From IMG/VR virus record IMGVR_UViG_3300031951_000045: DNA of 64,000 nucleotides. One strand, 5' to 3'. Position 1 is the stretch's first letter. Every line of letters starts with the position of its first letter. Shown in pieces: positions 47,471 through 57,432 of the stretch. Made by a program: the position numbers and the translations under genes. The notes below the pieces were generated by a model. It did no database searches. It saw only the letters and a list, made by a program, of their open reading frames with translations, and had not been told where the DNA came from. Source of the stretch: an uncultured virus (IMG/VR IMGVR_UViG_3300031951_000045). Lineage: Duplodnaviria > Heunggongvirae > Uroviricota > Caudoviricetes.

Positions 47471-49867
47471 ATGGCGTTAAATTTAGTATCACCTGGCGTC
47501 AAAATTAGAGAAGTTGACTTAACTGTTGGTGGAATTACAGCTGGGTCAAATCAGGTGGGTGCTATTGCCGGACCTTTCCAAAAAGGTCCTGTCAATCAAC
47601 CTATTTTAATTGAAACTGAAAATGATTTACTTAATGTTTTTGGAAAACCGATTTCTTCAGATTCTCAATATGAATATTGGTTGAGTGCATCATCTTTTCT
47701 TTCTTATGGTGGAATTCTAAGAGTTGTAAGATGTGATGGTGACAATTTAAAAACAGCAAATGCTGGGGTTTCATCAGCATCAGCAAATTTAAAAATTGAA
47801 TCATTAGAAGATTATGATACTAACCATACTTCGGACACTCATTGGTATTGGGCATCAAGAAATCCAGGTTCTTGGGCAAACAAATTAAAAGTCTGTATCG
47901 TTGATAATCTTGCTGACCAAAGGATTTCAATTGCTACTACTGGTCTTGCTGTTGGTTGTGGAGTTAGTGCATCATACACAAGAACTTCTGCTGGTATAGG
48001 AACTACTTCATCGGAAACTGGAGTTTTAAAAGGAATTATCACACAAGTTAATGTTGGTTCAATAGACGTAAAAATTCTCAGCAAAAATGTTGGTGGAGTT
48101 GATAGTGAAGTTTCTTATCAACAAGGTGGTACATACGAATTTAAGTCTTCAGATTCCATAGGAATTAATAGTGCAGGAACTCTCGTTAGAGTCAATTCAT
48201 CAACAGTTACTAATATTTCTGCTGTAGTTGCAACTGCTTCATCCATTGTTCTTCCTGGTCCTAGTGTTACTGGTTCAACACCATTTGCAAGTGCTGGTTA
48301 TTCAGTTGGACAAGTTGTAAGAACAGTTGCAGATAATGGAGTGCAAGTTCCACCTACTGCAATTGTTGGTTTTGGAACCACTAATGTTAATGGTTTGCAA
48401 CAAGATACTTTACTTTTAGCAAGTAATTCTCCAGCTTCCAGTGGAACAACAACAATTGGTGTATTTAATGCAACCACAACTATATCTGCCCCTTCAGATT
48501 GGTATGATCAACAAACTCTTGGATTGACAAATTCAACTGTTTATTGGAAAAATATTGCACCAAGACCAGGAACATCTCAATATGCAGCAGAACGAAGTGC
48601 AAAAAATGACGAAATCAATATTGTTGTTGTAGATGATACTGGAGCAGTCACTAGTTCAGTTGGAAATATTTTAGAAAAATACCAAAGAGTTTCTAAAGCA
48701 TCTGATGGTAAAATTTCTCCAAATCAAGCAATTTATTATAAAGATATCATTAGAGAACAATCTCAATATATTTTTGCAGGCATTGCATCAACTGGTGTTA
48801 AAACTAAATTCTCTACTTTATCTGGATATTCTGCAGCAACTGACACTACTTGGGGATTAGAGGCACAAGGAAATACATTCAATTGTGTTGGAGCAAAAAC
48901 TTACGAATTATCTGGTGGAGCAGATTATTCCGGTGTAACTAATAATGTTGGTGGTTATTCTGCAAGTTTATCAAATGTAATTACTGCTTATAGAAAATTT
49001 ACAAATCCAGCAGAATACTCTATTGATTATTTAATTAGTGGTCCTTCAGGTGGAGCAACAATTTATGATTCACAAGCAAAGGCAAATGAGTTAATTGCAA
49101 TTGCAGATTTACGTAAAGATTGTATTGCAGTTATTTCTCCACATAGAAGTGGAGTGGTTAATGTTTCAAACTCAGAAACTCAAACTAATAATATAATTGA
49201 ATTTTTTGGTCCATTGACATCATCTTCTTATGCTGTATTTGATGGTGGTTACAAATACACTTATGATAGATTCAACGGCACATTTAGATACATCCCTTGT
49301 AATGCTGATATTGCTGGATTGATGGCAAGAACTTCTAATAATTCTTTCCCTTGGTATTCACCTGCAGGATCAAGCAGAGGAACAATTAATAATGCAACTA
49401 AACTTGCATATAATCCATCACAAGAACAAAGAGATAGACTATACACAACAAGAATCAATCCAATTATATTCTCCCAAGGTGCTGGAATTATTCTTTTTGG
49501 AGATAAAACTGCTTTATCTTATGCTTCTGCGTTTGATAGAATTAACGTTCGTCGTCTATTCTTAACCATTGAAAGGGCAATTGAAAGAGCAGCAAGAGCA
49601 CAACTCTTTGAATTCAATGATTTGATTACTAGATCAAACTTTGTTAATATTGTTGAACCATATCTTCGTGACGTAAAAGCAAAAAGAGGTGTTTCTGATT
49701 ATGTTGTAATTTGCGATGAAACTAACAATACTCCAGACATTATTGACTCCAATCAGTTTAAAGCTGACATTTATGTCAAACCAGCAAGAAGTATTAACTT
49801 CATTGGACTGACTTTTGTTGCTACTCGCACTGGAGTTAGTTTTGAAGAAGTTATCGGTACTGTTTAA
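47471..49867 (+). CDS. g18: tail sheath protein gp18
   Basis: SPGVKIREVDLT, FDRINVRRLF, KPARSINFI. Confidence 0.97.
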   Translation: MALNLVSPGVKIREVDLTVGGITAGSNQVGAIAGPFQKGPVNQPILIETENDLLNVFGKPISSDSQYEYWLSASSFLSYGGILRVVRCDGDNLKTANAGVSSASANLKIESLEDYDTNHTSDTHWYWASRNPGSWANKLKVCIVDNLADQRISIATTGLAVGCGVSASYTRTSAGIGTTSSETGVLKGIITQVNVGSIDVKILSKNVGGVDSEVSYQQGGTYEFKSSDSIGINSAGTLVRVNSSTVTNISAVVATASSIVLPGPSVTGSTPFASAGYSVGQVVRTVADNGVQVPPTAIVGFGTTNVNGLQQDTLLLASNSPASSGTTTIGVFNATTTISAPSDWYDQQTLGLTNSTVYWKNIAPRPGTSQYAAERSAKNDEINIVVVDDTGAVTSSVGNILEKYQRVSKASDGKISPNQAIYYKDIIREQSQYIFAGIASTGVKTKFSTLSGYSAATDTTWGLEAQGNTFNCVGAKTYELSGGADYSGVTNNVGGYSASLSNVITAYRKFTNPAEYSIDYLISGPSGGATIYDSQAKANELIAIADLRKDCIAVISPHRSGVVNVSNSETQTNNIIEFFGPLTSSSYAVFDGGYKYTYDRFNGTFRYIPCNADIAGLMARTSNNSFPWYSPAGSSRGTINNATKLAYNPSQEQRDRLYTTRINPIIFSQGAGIILFGDKTALSYASAFDRINVRRLFLTIERAIERAARAQLFEFNDLITRSNFVNIVEPYLRDVKAKRGVSDYVVICDETNNTPDIIDSNQFKADIYVKPARSINFIGLTFVATRTGVSFEEVIGTV

Positions 49868-49886
49868 TTAAAAGAGGTAAAAACCA

Positions 49887-50564
49887 ATGGCAAATACAGA
49901 AAACCTTCTCCCATCAGTAAGAACTTTAAATGATTTTAAGAGCAGACTAACTGGAGGCGGAGCAAGACCTAATCTTTTTGAATGTGTAATTAATTTTCCA
50001 AGTGCTGCCCTTCCTAGTAATATTGACGCAAATGCATTACAAGAAAAAACTAGATTTCTTGTAAAGGCAGCAAATTTACCTGCTTCAACTTTGAGTGTAA
50101 TTGATATTCCATTCAGAGGAAGAAATTTAAAAATTGCTGGTGACAGAACATTTGATCCTTGGACTATTACAGTAATAAATGACACTGATTTTGTAATCAG
50201 AAATGCATTTGAAAGATGGATGAATTTTATCAACAAACACGAAGATAATTCTGGACAAATCAATCCAGTTGATTATCAAACAAATATGAAAGTACATCAA
50301 CTTGGAAGAGCAATAGTTGGAAAAGATATGTCTAGTAATACAAAAATTCCGTATTTAAAGTCATATGAATTTTATGGGACATTCCCAACTTCAATTAGTG
50401 CAATTGATTTGTCTTATGATTCAACAGATGTAATTCAAGAATTTACTGTAGATTTACAGGTTCAGTGGTGGGATGCCCTTAACGGAGAAACTCAAGATAG
50501 TATTCTTGGATCGGGAGATTTGGAAGAATTTAACGAATCTTCTGTAAGCAAAGGGATTTTTTGA
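49887..50564 (+). CDS. g19: tail tube protein gp19
   Basis: GGARPNLF, FRGRNLKIAGDRTF. Confidence 0.96.
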   Translation: MANTENLLPSVRTLNDFKSRLTGGGARPNLFECVINFPSAALPSNIDANALQEKTRFLVKAANLPASTLSVIDIPFRGRNLKIAGDRTFDPWTITVINDTDFVIRNAFERWMNFINKHEDNSGQINPVDYQTNMKVHQLGRAIVGKDMSSNTKIPYLKSYEFYGTFPTSISAIDLSYDSTDVIQEFTVDLQVQWWDALNGETQDSILGSGDLEEFNESSVSKGIF

Positions 50565-50600
50565 ACAGTCTAAATAATAGATATAGACTCAATTATTACT

Positions 50601-52271
50601 ATGGCTAAATTATTTGGATTTAAAATAAAGGATACGGGAGACAATAATTCTAAAGGGATTATGTCTCCCATTCCTCGTAATGAGGAAGATAAATCCGATT
50701 TTTATATTTCTAGTGGTTTTTATGGACAATATGTAGATATTGAAGGTGTTTATAAGACTGAAGCAGATTTGATTAGAAGATATCGTGAGATGTCTTTGCA
50801 TCCAGAATGTGATAGTGCAATTGAAGATATTGTGAATGAAGCAATAGTTTCCGACCTTAATGATTCTCCTGTAGAAATAGAACTTTCAAATCTTCCAGCA
50901 TCTGATAAATTAAAAGATATTATCAGAGAAGAATTTAAGTATATTAAAGAGATTATGGACTTTGATAAAAAGTGCCACGAAATCTTTAGAAATTGGTATG
51001 TTGATGGAAGAATTTATTATCATAAAGTGATTGATTTAAAAAAACCAAATGAAGGCATAAAAGAAATTAGATATGTTGATGCCCTTAAAATTAAATATGT
51101 AAGGAAATTAAAAAAAGGGAATAATGATGCTTTTGGTGTTGATTATAGGCAATTTGTAAATGGAAAAAATAAAATTGATTTTTCAACACAAGATCTTGAA
51201 GAGTACTATATTTACGATCCAAATGTTGGGTCTTCTCAAAATGCAACATATAAGTCATCAGATGTTAATAGTGTAAAAATCGCAAAAGATGCTATTACTT
51301 ACATAACTTCTGGTTTAGTTGATCGTAACAAACAAACCGTATTATCATTTTTACATAAAGCAATCAAATCACTCAATCAATTAAGAATGATTGAAGATAG
51401 TCTTGTAATTTATAGACTATCTCGTGCTCCAGAAAGAAGAATTTTTTATATTGATGTTGGCAATCTTCCAAAAATCAAGGCAGAGCAATATCTCCGTGAT
51501 GTGATGAATCGTTATCGTAACAAGTTAGTATACAATGCAGACACTGGTGAAATTAAAGATGACCGAAAATATATGGCAATGCTTGAAGATTTTTGGCTTC
51601 CAAGAAGAGAAGGTGGCAGAGGAACTGAAATCACAACTCTTCCTGGTGGTCAGAATCTTGGAGAACTTGCTGATATTGAATATTTCCAGAAAAAACTTTA
51701 TGATTCTTTAGGTGTTCCCCCAACTCGTCTTGATGCTGGTGGAGGATTTAATCTTGGACGTTCATCAGAAATTCTTAGAGATGAATTAAAATTCACAAGA
51801 TTTGTCGGAAGACTGAGAAAAAGATTTTCTCAAATCTTTATTGATATGTTGAAAACTCAGTTAATTCTTAAGAATATTGTAACACCAGAAGATTGGAAAA
51901 CCTTAAGTGATCACATTCAATTTGACTATGTTTATGATAATCATTTTTCAGATTTGAAGAAAAATGAATTAATGAACGATAAGTTGGGTGTTGTTGCAGC
52001 AATGGAACCATATGTTGGTCGTTATTTTTCATCACAGTATGTAAGGTCAAAGATACTTGGTCAAACTGATAGTGAAATTTTAGAAATTGACAAGCAAATT
52101 AAAAAAGAAATTAAAGATGGAATTATTCCTGACCCATCTTTAGCAATGAATCCTATGATGGGTATGCCTCCTGGACAACCATCTTCAAATAATTTTGGTA
52201 ATATTCCACAAGAAGGTGGACTCACTGATGCCCAAACAGGAGTTGAATTGGGTAGTCAGGGAGAGATATAA
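50601..52271 (+). CDS. g20: portal protein gp20
   Basis: RAPERRIFYIDVGNLP, EDFWLPRREGGRGTEI. Confidence 0.97.
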   Translation: MAKLFGFKIKDTGDNNSKGIMSPIPRNEEDKSDFYISSGFYGQYVDIEGVYKTEADLIRRYREMSLHPECDSAIEDIVNEAIVSDLNDSPVEIELSNLPASDKLKDIIREEFKYIKEIMDFDKKCHEIFRNWYVDGRIYYHKVIDLKKPNEGIKEIRYVDALKIKYVRKLKKGNNDAFGVDYRQFVNGKNKIDFSTQDLEEYYIYDPNVGSSQNATYKSSDVNSVKIAKDAITYITSGLVDRNKQTVLSFLHKAIKSLNQLRMIEDSLVIYRLSRAPERRIFYIDVGNLPKIKAEQYLRDVMNRYRNKLVYNADTGEIKDDRKYMAMLEDFWLPRREGGRGTEITTLPGGQNLGELADIEYFQKKLYDSLGVPPTRLDAGGGFNLGRSSEILRDELKFTRFVGRLRKRFSQIFIDMLKTQLILKNIVTPEDWKTLSDHIQFDYVYDNHFSDLKKNELMNDKLGVVAAMEPYVGRYFSSQYVRSKILGQTDSEILEIDKQIKKEIKDGIIPDPSLAMNPMMGMPPGQPSSNNFGNIPQEGGLTDAQTGVELGSQGEI

Positions 52272-52274
52272 ATA
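52267..52274 (+). promoter_or_regulatory. T4-type late promoter
   Basis: TATAAATA. Confidence 0.7.
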
Positions 52275-52297
52275 AAAATAGTTAATTTTGCATAGTT

Positions 52298-52453
52298 ATG
52301 GAAGAATTAGTAGATATGATTGCTGGTGAATCATCACCATCAGATGTTTCTGATAAGATTAAAGAAATTCTTTTCTCAAAAGCTTCAGAAAAAATCAATT
52401 CGGTAAGACCAGAAGTTACCGCAACAATGTTTAATTTAGAAGATGAGGAGTAA
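52298..52453 (+). CDS. 51-aa putative prohead core protein (gp67 position)
   Basis: Hand-translated MEELVDMIAGESSPSDVSDKIKEILFSKA...; directly after g20. Confidence 0.6.
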   Translation: MEELVDMIAGESSPSDVSDKIKEILFSKASEKINSVRPEVTATMFNLEDEE

Positions 52454-52459
52454 TAATAA

Positions 52460-53455
52460 GTGAATTTTGAAGATAATTCAAAAGATTTATCTGATTTTTT
52501 TAATACTATTAGTTCGGGAAAACAAAAAAGAAAAAAAGAATTGCAAGAGACTGTAGGAGACTCTGTAAATGATTTTTTTCAAACCATTAGTATTGGCAAA
52601 AAAATAGAAAAAGAAAAAAAGGAGTCTTTAGTTGGGGACTCCTTTGAAACTCTTTTTTTGTCAAAACTTGAAGAAAGTAAAAAAGAAATAAAAAAGAAAA
52701 AAATACAAGAACAAAAGACTGTAAAGGCATTTGAGGATTGGTTATATTCTGAGACACCAAAACAACAAGAACAAGTAATTGAAGATGTAATTGAAGAATC
52801 TTTGGATGAAGTTCTTGAAGTTTTGGAAGAATATAAAGAAGAACTTGAAAAACCCAAAGAAGACCTGATTGAAAAATCATTAGGTCTTCTTGCTGAACCA
52901 AGTGATGTTAAAGTTCAACAAGACCCATTAACTCCATTAGACCAAAAGTTCGCAACACTTGACGATTTACAGAAACATTACAAACTGTTTCTTTCTCGTA
53001 TTCAACAACAACTATCAACAGTTGGTGGAGGTGGCGAAACCAGATTAAGATACTTGGATGATATTGTAGGCATCGCAACTAATTCTGGTGCTTATAATAA
53101 TAAATTTTTACAATGGAATTCCACAACAAATCAAGCAGAGTTTGTTGATCCAAATGATGTTGGTGGCACAACAATTGTAAATATCTCTGGTATTACCACT
53201 TACTATCAGGCATCGAATGTTGATGATTATATTGGTGTAAGTGCAAATGTTCCAGTAACAATTGTATTGCCACAAATTCCTTCTTATGGAAAAAAACTCA
53301 TCATAAAAGACGAGGGTAATAAGATTGCTACATACAATATAACAGTCCAGGCAGGTGCTGGAACAAGTGTAGAGAATGATAGTTCAGTTATTATGACTAT
53401 CAATCATCAAAGTTTTACTTATTTTTACAATGGTTCAAATTGGTTTCTAATTTAA
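52460..53455 (+). CDS. putative virion protein (charged coiled coil plus fibre-type C-terminal domain)
   Basis: STVGGGGETRL hinge; LP...GKKLIIKDEG...NITV...YNGSNW end. Confidence 0.6.
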   Translation: MNFEDNSKDLSDFFNTISSGKQKRKKELQETVGDSVNDFFQTISIGKKIEKEKKESLVGDSFETLFLSKLEESKKEIKKKKIQEQKTVKAFEDWLYSETPKQQEQVIEDVIEESLDEVLEVLEEYKEELEKPKEDLIEKSLGLLAEPSDVKVQQDPLTPLDQKFATLDDLQKHYKLFLSRIQQQLSTVGGGGETRLRYLDDIVGIATNSGAYNNKFLQWNSTTNQAEFVDPNDVGGTTIVNISGITTYYQASNVDDYIGVSANVPVTIVLPQIPSYGKKLIIKDEGNKIATYNITVQAGAGTSVENDSSVIMTINHQSFTYFYNGSNWFLI

Positions 53456-53456
53456 T

Positions 53457-54833
53457 ATGTCACATAATCCTCTTCCACAACCAGCAGATGTAGTAGTCAT
53501 TAGTGCTGGTTCATCAGTAACAGAAGTTAATAGATTTCCAGTAGGTATTGGAACAACTGGGCAAGTATCAATCAATCTCAACAATTCACCAGTCAGCACA
53601 GCAAATCCATTTCCAGTTACTCTACCACCAATAGCAACTGACGCATTTGGTAGACAAAGAATATCATCACCACTTACACTTTTTGATAGTTCGCACAGAT
53701 ATAGAGATAATAATCTTTGGAGTGGTTTAGTTGTTGGTACTGGTTCAACAGTTGGATTTGTAACAGCACAAGGTTTAGTAAATTTAACTGTTGGTGTTGG
53801 AAGCACTGCATCAATCATCAGAGAAACTACAAAAGTATTTTCGTATCAACCAGGAAAATCATTACAAACATTAAATACATTTGTATTCAACCCAGCAAAA
53901 GCAAATCTTCGTCAAAGAGTAGGATACTTTGGTGCAGATAATGGAATGTATTTGGAACTTGATGAAACTAATTTATATTTTGTAGAAAGAACATATGTTC
54001 CAGGAATTACAACAGAAACAAGAGTAGCACAAGCAGACTGGAATATTGATACGATGCTTGGTGCTGGACATCTCAATCCATCTGGTGTCACATTAGATAT
54101 TTCCAAAGCACAGATTATGTGGATGGATATTGAGTGGTTGGGACTTGGAACCGTAAGATTAGGATTTGTAGTTAATGGTAAGTTTATCCATTGCCATTCA
54201 TTCCATCACGCAAATATTATCAATACAACTTATATCACAACAGCATCACTACCATTAAGATATGAAATTGCAAATACAGGAATTACAACCAGTGCAAGCA
54301 CACTTAAACAAGTTTGTTCTTCGGTAATTTCAGAAGGTGGTTATGAACTTCGTGGATTGCAACAAGCAGTTGGAACACCTGTTCAAACACCAGTCGATTT
54401 AACAACGGCAGGAACTTATTATACAGTTATATCAATTCGCCTTAAAGCAACACCAAATAGATTGGATGCAATTGTAATTCTAACTGCACTTTCAATTCTT
54501 GGTATTACAAATAATGCAACTTATAACTGGCAAGTAAGAGCATCTGGAACATCTGTTGGTGGAACTTGGAATGATGCTGGTCTTGATAGTTCTGTTGAAT
54601 ATAAAATTGATGGTGGAACTTATACTGGTGGAAGAATATTAGCATCTGGATATTTGTACGGGTCTAATCAAGGTTCAACACCGGTTGATATTCTTAAAGA
54701 GGCATTATTCAAGTTTCAGTTAGAAAGAGATGCATTAAATGGGACACCTTATGAACTTTCTCTCGTTGCTTCTTCCGATGCTAATGGTGCAGATATTCAC
54801 GGGTCTATGGACTGGGAAGAAATTAGTAGGTAA
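53457..54833 (+). CDS. putative virion structural protein
   Basis: DAFGRQRIS.P.TLFDS, YQPGKS, EWLGLG.VR motifs; beta-rich. Confidence 0.65.
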   Translation: MSHNPLPQPADVVVISAGSSVTEVNRFPVGIGTTGQVSINLNNSPVSTANPFPVTLPPIATDAFGRQRISSPLTLFDSSHRYRDNNLWSGLVVGTGSTVGFVTAQGLVNLTVGVGSTASIIRETTKVFSYQPGKSLQTLNTFVFNPAKANLRQRVGYFGADNGMYLELDETNLYFVERTYVPGITTETRVAQADWNIDTMLGAGHLNPSGVTLDISKAQIMWMDIEWLGLGTVRLGFVVNGKFIHCHSFHHANIINTTYITTASLPLRYEIANTGITTSASTLKQVCSSVISEGGYELRGLQQAVGTPVQTPVDLTTAGTYYTVISIRLKATPNRLDAIVILTALSILGITNNATYNWQVRASGTSVGGTWNDAGLDSSVEYKIDGGTYTGGRILASGYLYGSNQGSTPVDILKEALFKFQLERDALNGTPYELSLVASSDANGADIHGSMDWEEISR

Positions 54834-54875
54834 TACTAGATATTGATAAATAACTAATATAGTCCAATTATTACA

Positions 54876-55427
54876 ATGTCCGTATATAAGATTGTACAAA
54901 AAATTACGCCATTGACGATGACTGGTGCAGCAGTAACCAGTAATCCAATTGCTTTGAGGTCTGGTTTTTTGAGAATTGTTCCAGAACAAGATGCTTATGT
55001 TGAGGTTGCTCCAACCCCAACAATTAGTACTTCTACGAGTGCTAGTATTTTTGTGAAGGCTGGAACTGAACTTGTTTTAAAAGATACCGCAGTCACTCAA
55101 ACTATTGTTGGTGTAACTACTGGAACTACCACTGTTGTGACTTTACCAGAAGGTACTTTCTCTGATTTTTCTGCTGGTGATATTGTTGAACTTACTGGTA
55201 TTGTTCCCGCAGGAATTAACACAACAGCAGCAACTGTTGCATCAGTTGATGCAACGAATGATGCTGGAACAGGTGGATTTAATAGAGTAATTACTCTTAC
55301 TTGGAATACTTCAAGTCAAGGACCAGTAACTACTTCCACTGGTGTTTTGAGAAGAGTAACAAAAGTTGCTGCTTATGGTGCAAGTGGAAAACTTCACATC
55401 ACAGAAATTCAAATCGCAGGTGGTTAA
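54876..55427 (+). CDS. hypothetical structural protein
   Basis: Thr/Val-rich; late promoter GATAAATA at 54845. Confidence 0.65.
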   Translation: MSVYKIVQKITPLTMTGAAVTSNPIALRSGFLRIVPEQDAYVEVAPTPTISTSTSASIFVKAGTELVLKDTAVTQTIVGVTTGTTTVVTLPEGTFSDFSAGDIVELTGIVPAGINTTAATVASVDATNDAGTGGFNRVITLTWNTSSQGPVTTSTGVLRRVTKVAAYGASGKLHITEIQIAGG

Positions 55428-55431
55428 TCCA

Positions 55432-56082
55432 ATGAAACTTATCACAGAAGAAATAGAAAAGGTAAAAGTAATTACCGAAGAAAAAAATGGAGTTAAATCC
55501 CTTTTTATTGAAGGTGTTTTTCTTCAGGCAAATAGACCAAATAGAAATAAAAGACTCTATGAAATGAGAACTCTTGAAAGAGAAGTCAAAAGATATAATG
55601 AAAATTTTATTGCTAAAGGTCGTGCTCTTGGTGAATTGGGACATCCAGATGGACCAACTTTAAATCTTGATAGAGTATCCCATAAAATTACTATGCTTGA
55701 AAGAAAAGATGATAATTTTATAGGAAAAGCAAAAATTCTTGATACCCCAATGGGAAAAATTGCTTCTTCACTTTTAGGTGAAGGTGTGATGCTTGGTGTT
55801 TCTTCTCGTGGTGTTGGCTCATTGATTCCAACTAATGAAGGTTATTCTTTAGTTGGTGAAGATTTTATGCTTGCAACTGCTGCTGATATTGTTGCAGACC
55901 CTTCTGCTCCTGATGCTTTTGTGAATGGAATTATGGAAGGAAGAGAATGGATATATGATTCCAATAAAAAAACTTGGATTGCGGAATCAATTAAAAATAT
56001 TATTGAAAAGGATGTAAAACAAAGAAAATTAACTGAACAGAGAAAATTACAGCATTTTGAAAAGTTTTTGGATATGCTTTGA
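55432..56082 (+). CDS. g21: prohead protease gp21
   Basis: MKLITEE start; ALGELGHPDGP, GVSSRGVGS, DIVADPSAP. Confidence 0.96.
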   Translation: MKLITEEIEKVKVITEEKNGVKSLFIEGVFLQANRPNRNKRLYEMRTLEREVKRYNENFIAKGRALGELGHPDGPTLNLDRVSHKITMLERKDDNFIGKAKILDTPMGKIASSLLGEGVMLGVSSRGVGSLIPTNEGYSLVGEDFMLATAADIVADPSAPDAFVNGIMEGREWIYDSNKKTWIAESIKNIIEKDVKQRKLTEQRKLQHFEKFLDML

Positions 56083-56105
56083 TTTTATACATTAAAATTA
56101 TAAAT

Positions 56106-56113
56106 TATAAATA
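56106..56113 (+). promoter_or_regulatory. T4-type late promoter
   Basis: TATAAATA upstream of g22. Confidence 0.75.
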
Positions 56114-56152
56114 AATATAGATTTAAGAAACTAGTTAAATCGGAGAGTTCAA

Positions 56153-57382
56153 ATGTCCCGTGGTAGAAACTTACAAGAAATGGAATCAGACACAAAACAA
56201 TCTAAAACTGCTGTAAATGCCGGTGCAAAGGCAGCAGAACCAATGCAAAAGTTAACCACAGGAATTCCTGATGGTCAAACAGGCAGTTGGGAAGACCTTG
56301 GTGGTCCTACTCCAGAAAATTATCGTTCAGATGATGACTCTGCAAAATTAAAAGACCCTTCAACAACTCTTAAGCAAGTTAAGGATATTGTAAATAAGGG
56401 TGCAAAAGCAGCAGAAGCAATGAAAAAAATGGCTTCTCCAGTCAAAGAATCTTCAGAAGAAGATGAAGATGAAGAACTCGTAGAAGGTGAATATGAAGAA
56501 GATGATGATGAAGTAGTTTCAGAAGCTAAGCATAAGTCCGAAAAGGACGAAGAAGATGAAGAAGATGAAGATGAATACGAAGAAGGTGATGAAGAGGACG
56601 AAGAAGATGAGGATGAAAAAAAGGAAAAGGCAATGAAAGAGGCATTTGCCCAAATTGAAGAAGAAATTGAGGAAGATGTTTCTGCTCTTCTTTCTGGAGA
56701 AGAACTTTCCGAAGATTTTAGAGTAAAAGCAAAAACTGTTTTTGAAGCAGCATTGAATGCTAGAACAAAGCAAATTGAAGAAGCAGTTGTTTTACATTAT
56801 GAAGAGCAACTTACTGAAGAAATTATTGCCATTAAGGAAGAACTCACCGAAAGACTTGATTCTTACCTTGAGTATGTTGCTGACGAGTGGATTCAGGAAA
56901 ATGCTCTTGCAATTGAGCAAGGCATTAAGACTGAAATGACTGAGAGCTTCCTCTCAGGAATGAAGAGTCTTTTTGAAGAACATTATGTAACAATCCCTGA
57001 AGAAAAATATGATGTTATTGAAAGTATGGTAGATAAACTTGATGAAATGGAGACAAAACTCAACGAGCAAATTGAAAGAAATGTTGCTCTAAATAAGAGA
57101 TTAGCCGAATCAGTTACCGATGTAATCTTTGCCGAAGTTACTGATGGTCTTGCTCTTTCCCAGAAAGACAAACTCGCTTCTCTTGCCGAAAATGTTGAGT
57201 TTGATAGTGAATCAGACTATCGTGAGAAACTAGTAACTCTAAGGGAATCTTATTTCCCAAGATATACTGGTGCTCAAATAGACAACTCAGATTATATCTC
57301 AGAAGGTATGGAGTATCGTCAAGAAGTTTCAGGGTCAATGGCCTACTATCTTGATGCACTTGGAAGAGTTTCTAAAAAGTGA
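56153..57382 (+). CDS. g22: prohead core scaffold gp22
   Basis: KAKTVFEAA, YLEYVADEW..EN.LAIE; lies between g21 and g23. Confidence 0.93.
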   Translation: MSRGRNLQEMESDTKQSKTAVNAGAKAAEPMQKLTTGIPDGQTGSWEDLGGPTPENYRSDDDSAKLKDPSTTLKQVKDIVNKGAKAAEAMKKMASPVKESSEEDEDEELVEGEYEEDDDEVVSEAKHKSEKDEEDEEDEDEYEEGDEEDEEDEDEKKEKAMKEAFAQIEEEIEEDVSALLSGEELSEDFRVKAKTVFEAALNARTKQIEEAVVLHYEEQLTEEIIAIKEELTERLDSYLEYVADEWIQENALAIEQGIKTEMTESFLSGMKSLFEEHYVTIPEEKYDVIESMVDKLDEMETKLNEQIERNVALNKRLAESVTDVIFAEVTDGLALSQKDKLASLAENVEFDSESDYREKLVTLRESYFPRYTGAQIDNSDYISEGMEYRQEVSGSMAYYLDALGRVSKK

Positions 57383-57432
57383 TTTTTACATTATAAACGA
57401 TCAAACTAAAACTTTTTAAAGAGGTAAAAAAA

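Noticed and set aside
56450..56620. GAAGAT-rich repeat in g22
   Set aside because: Ordinary acidic low-complexity linker of T4-like scaffold proteins
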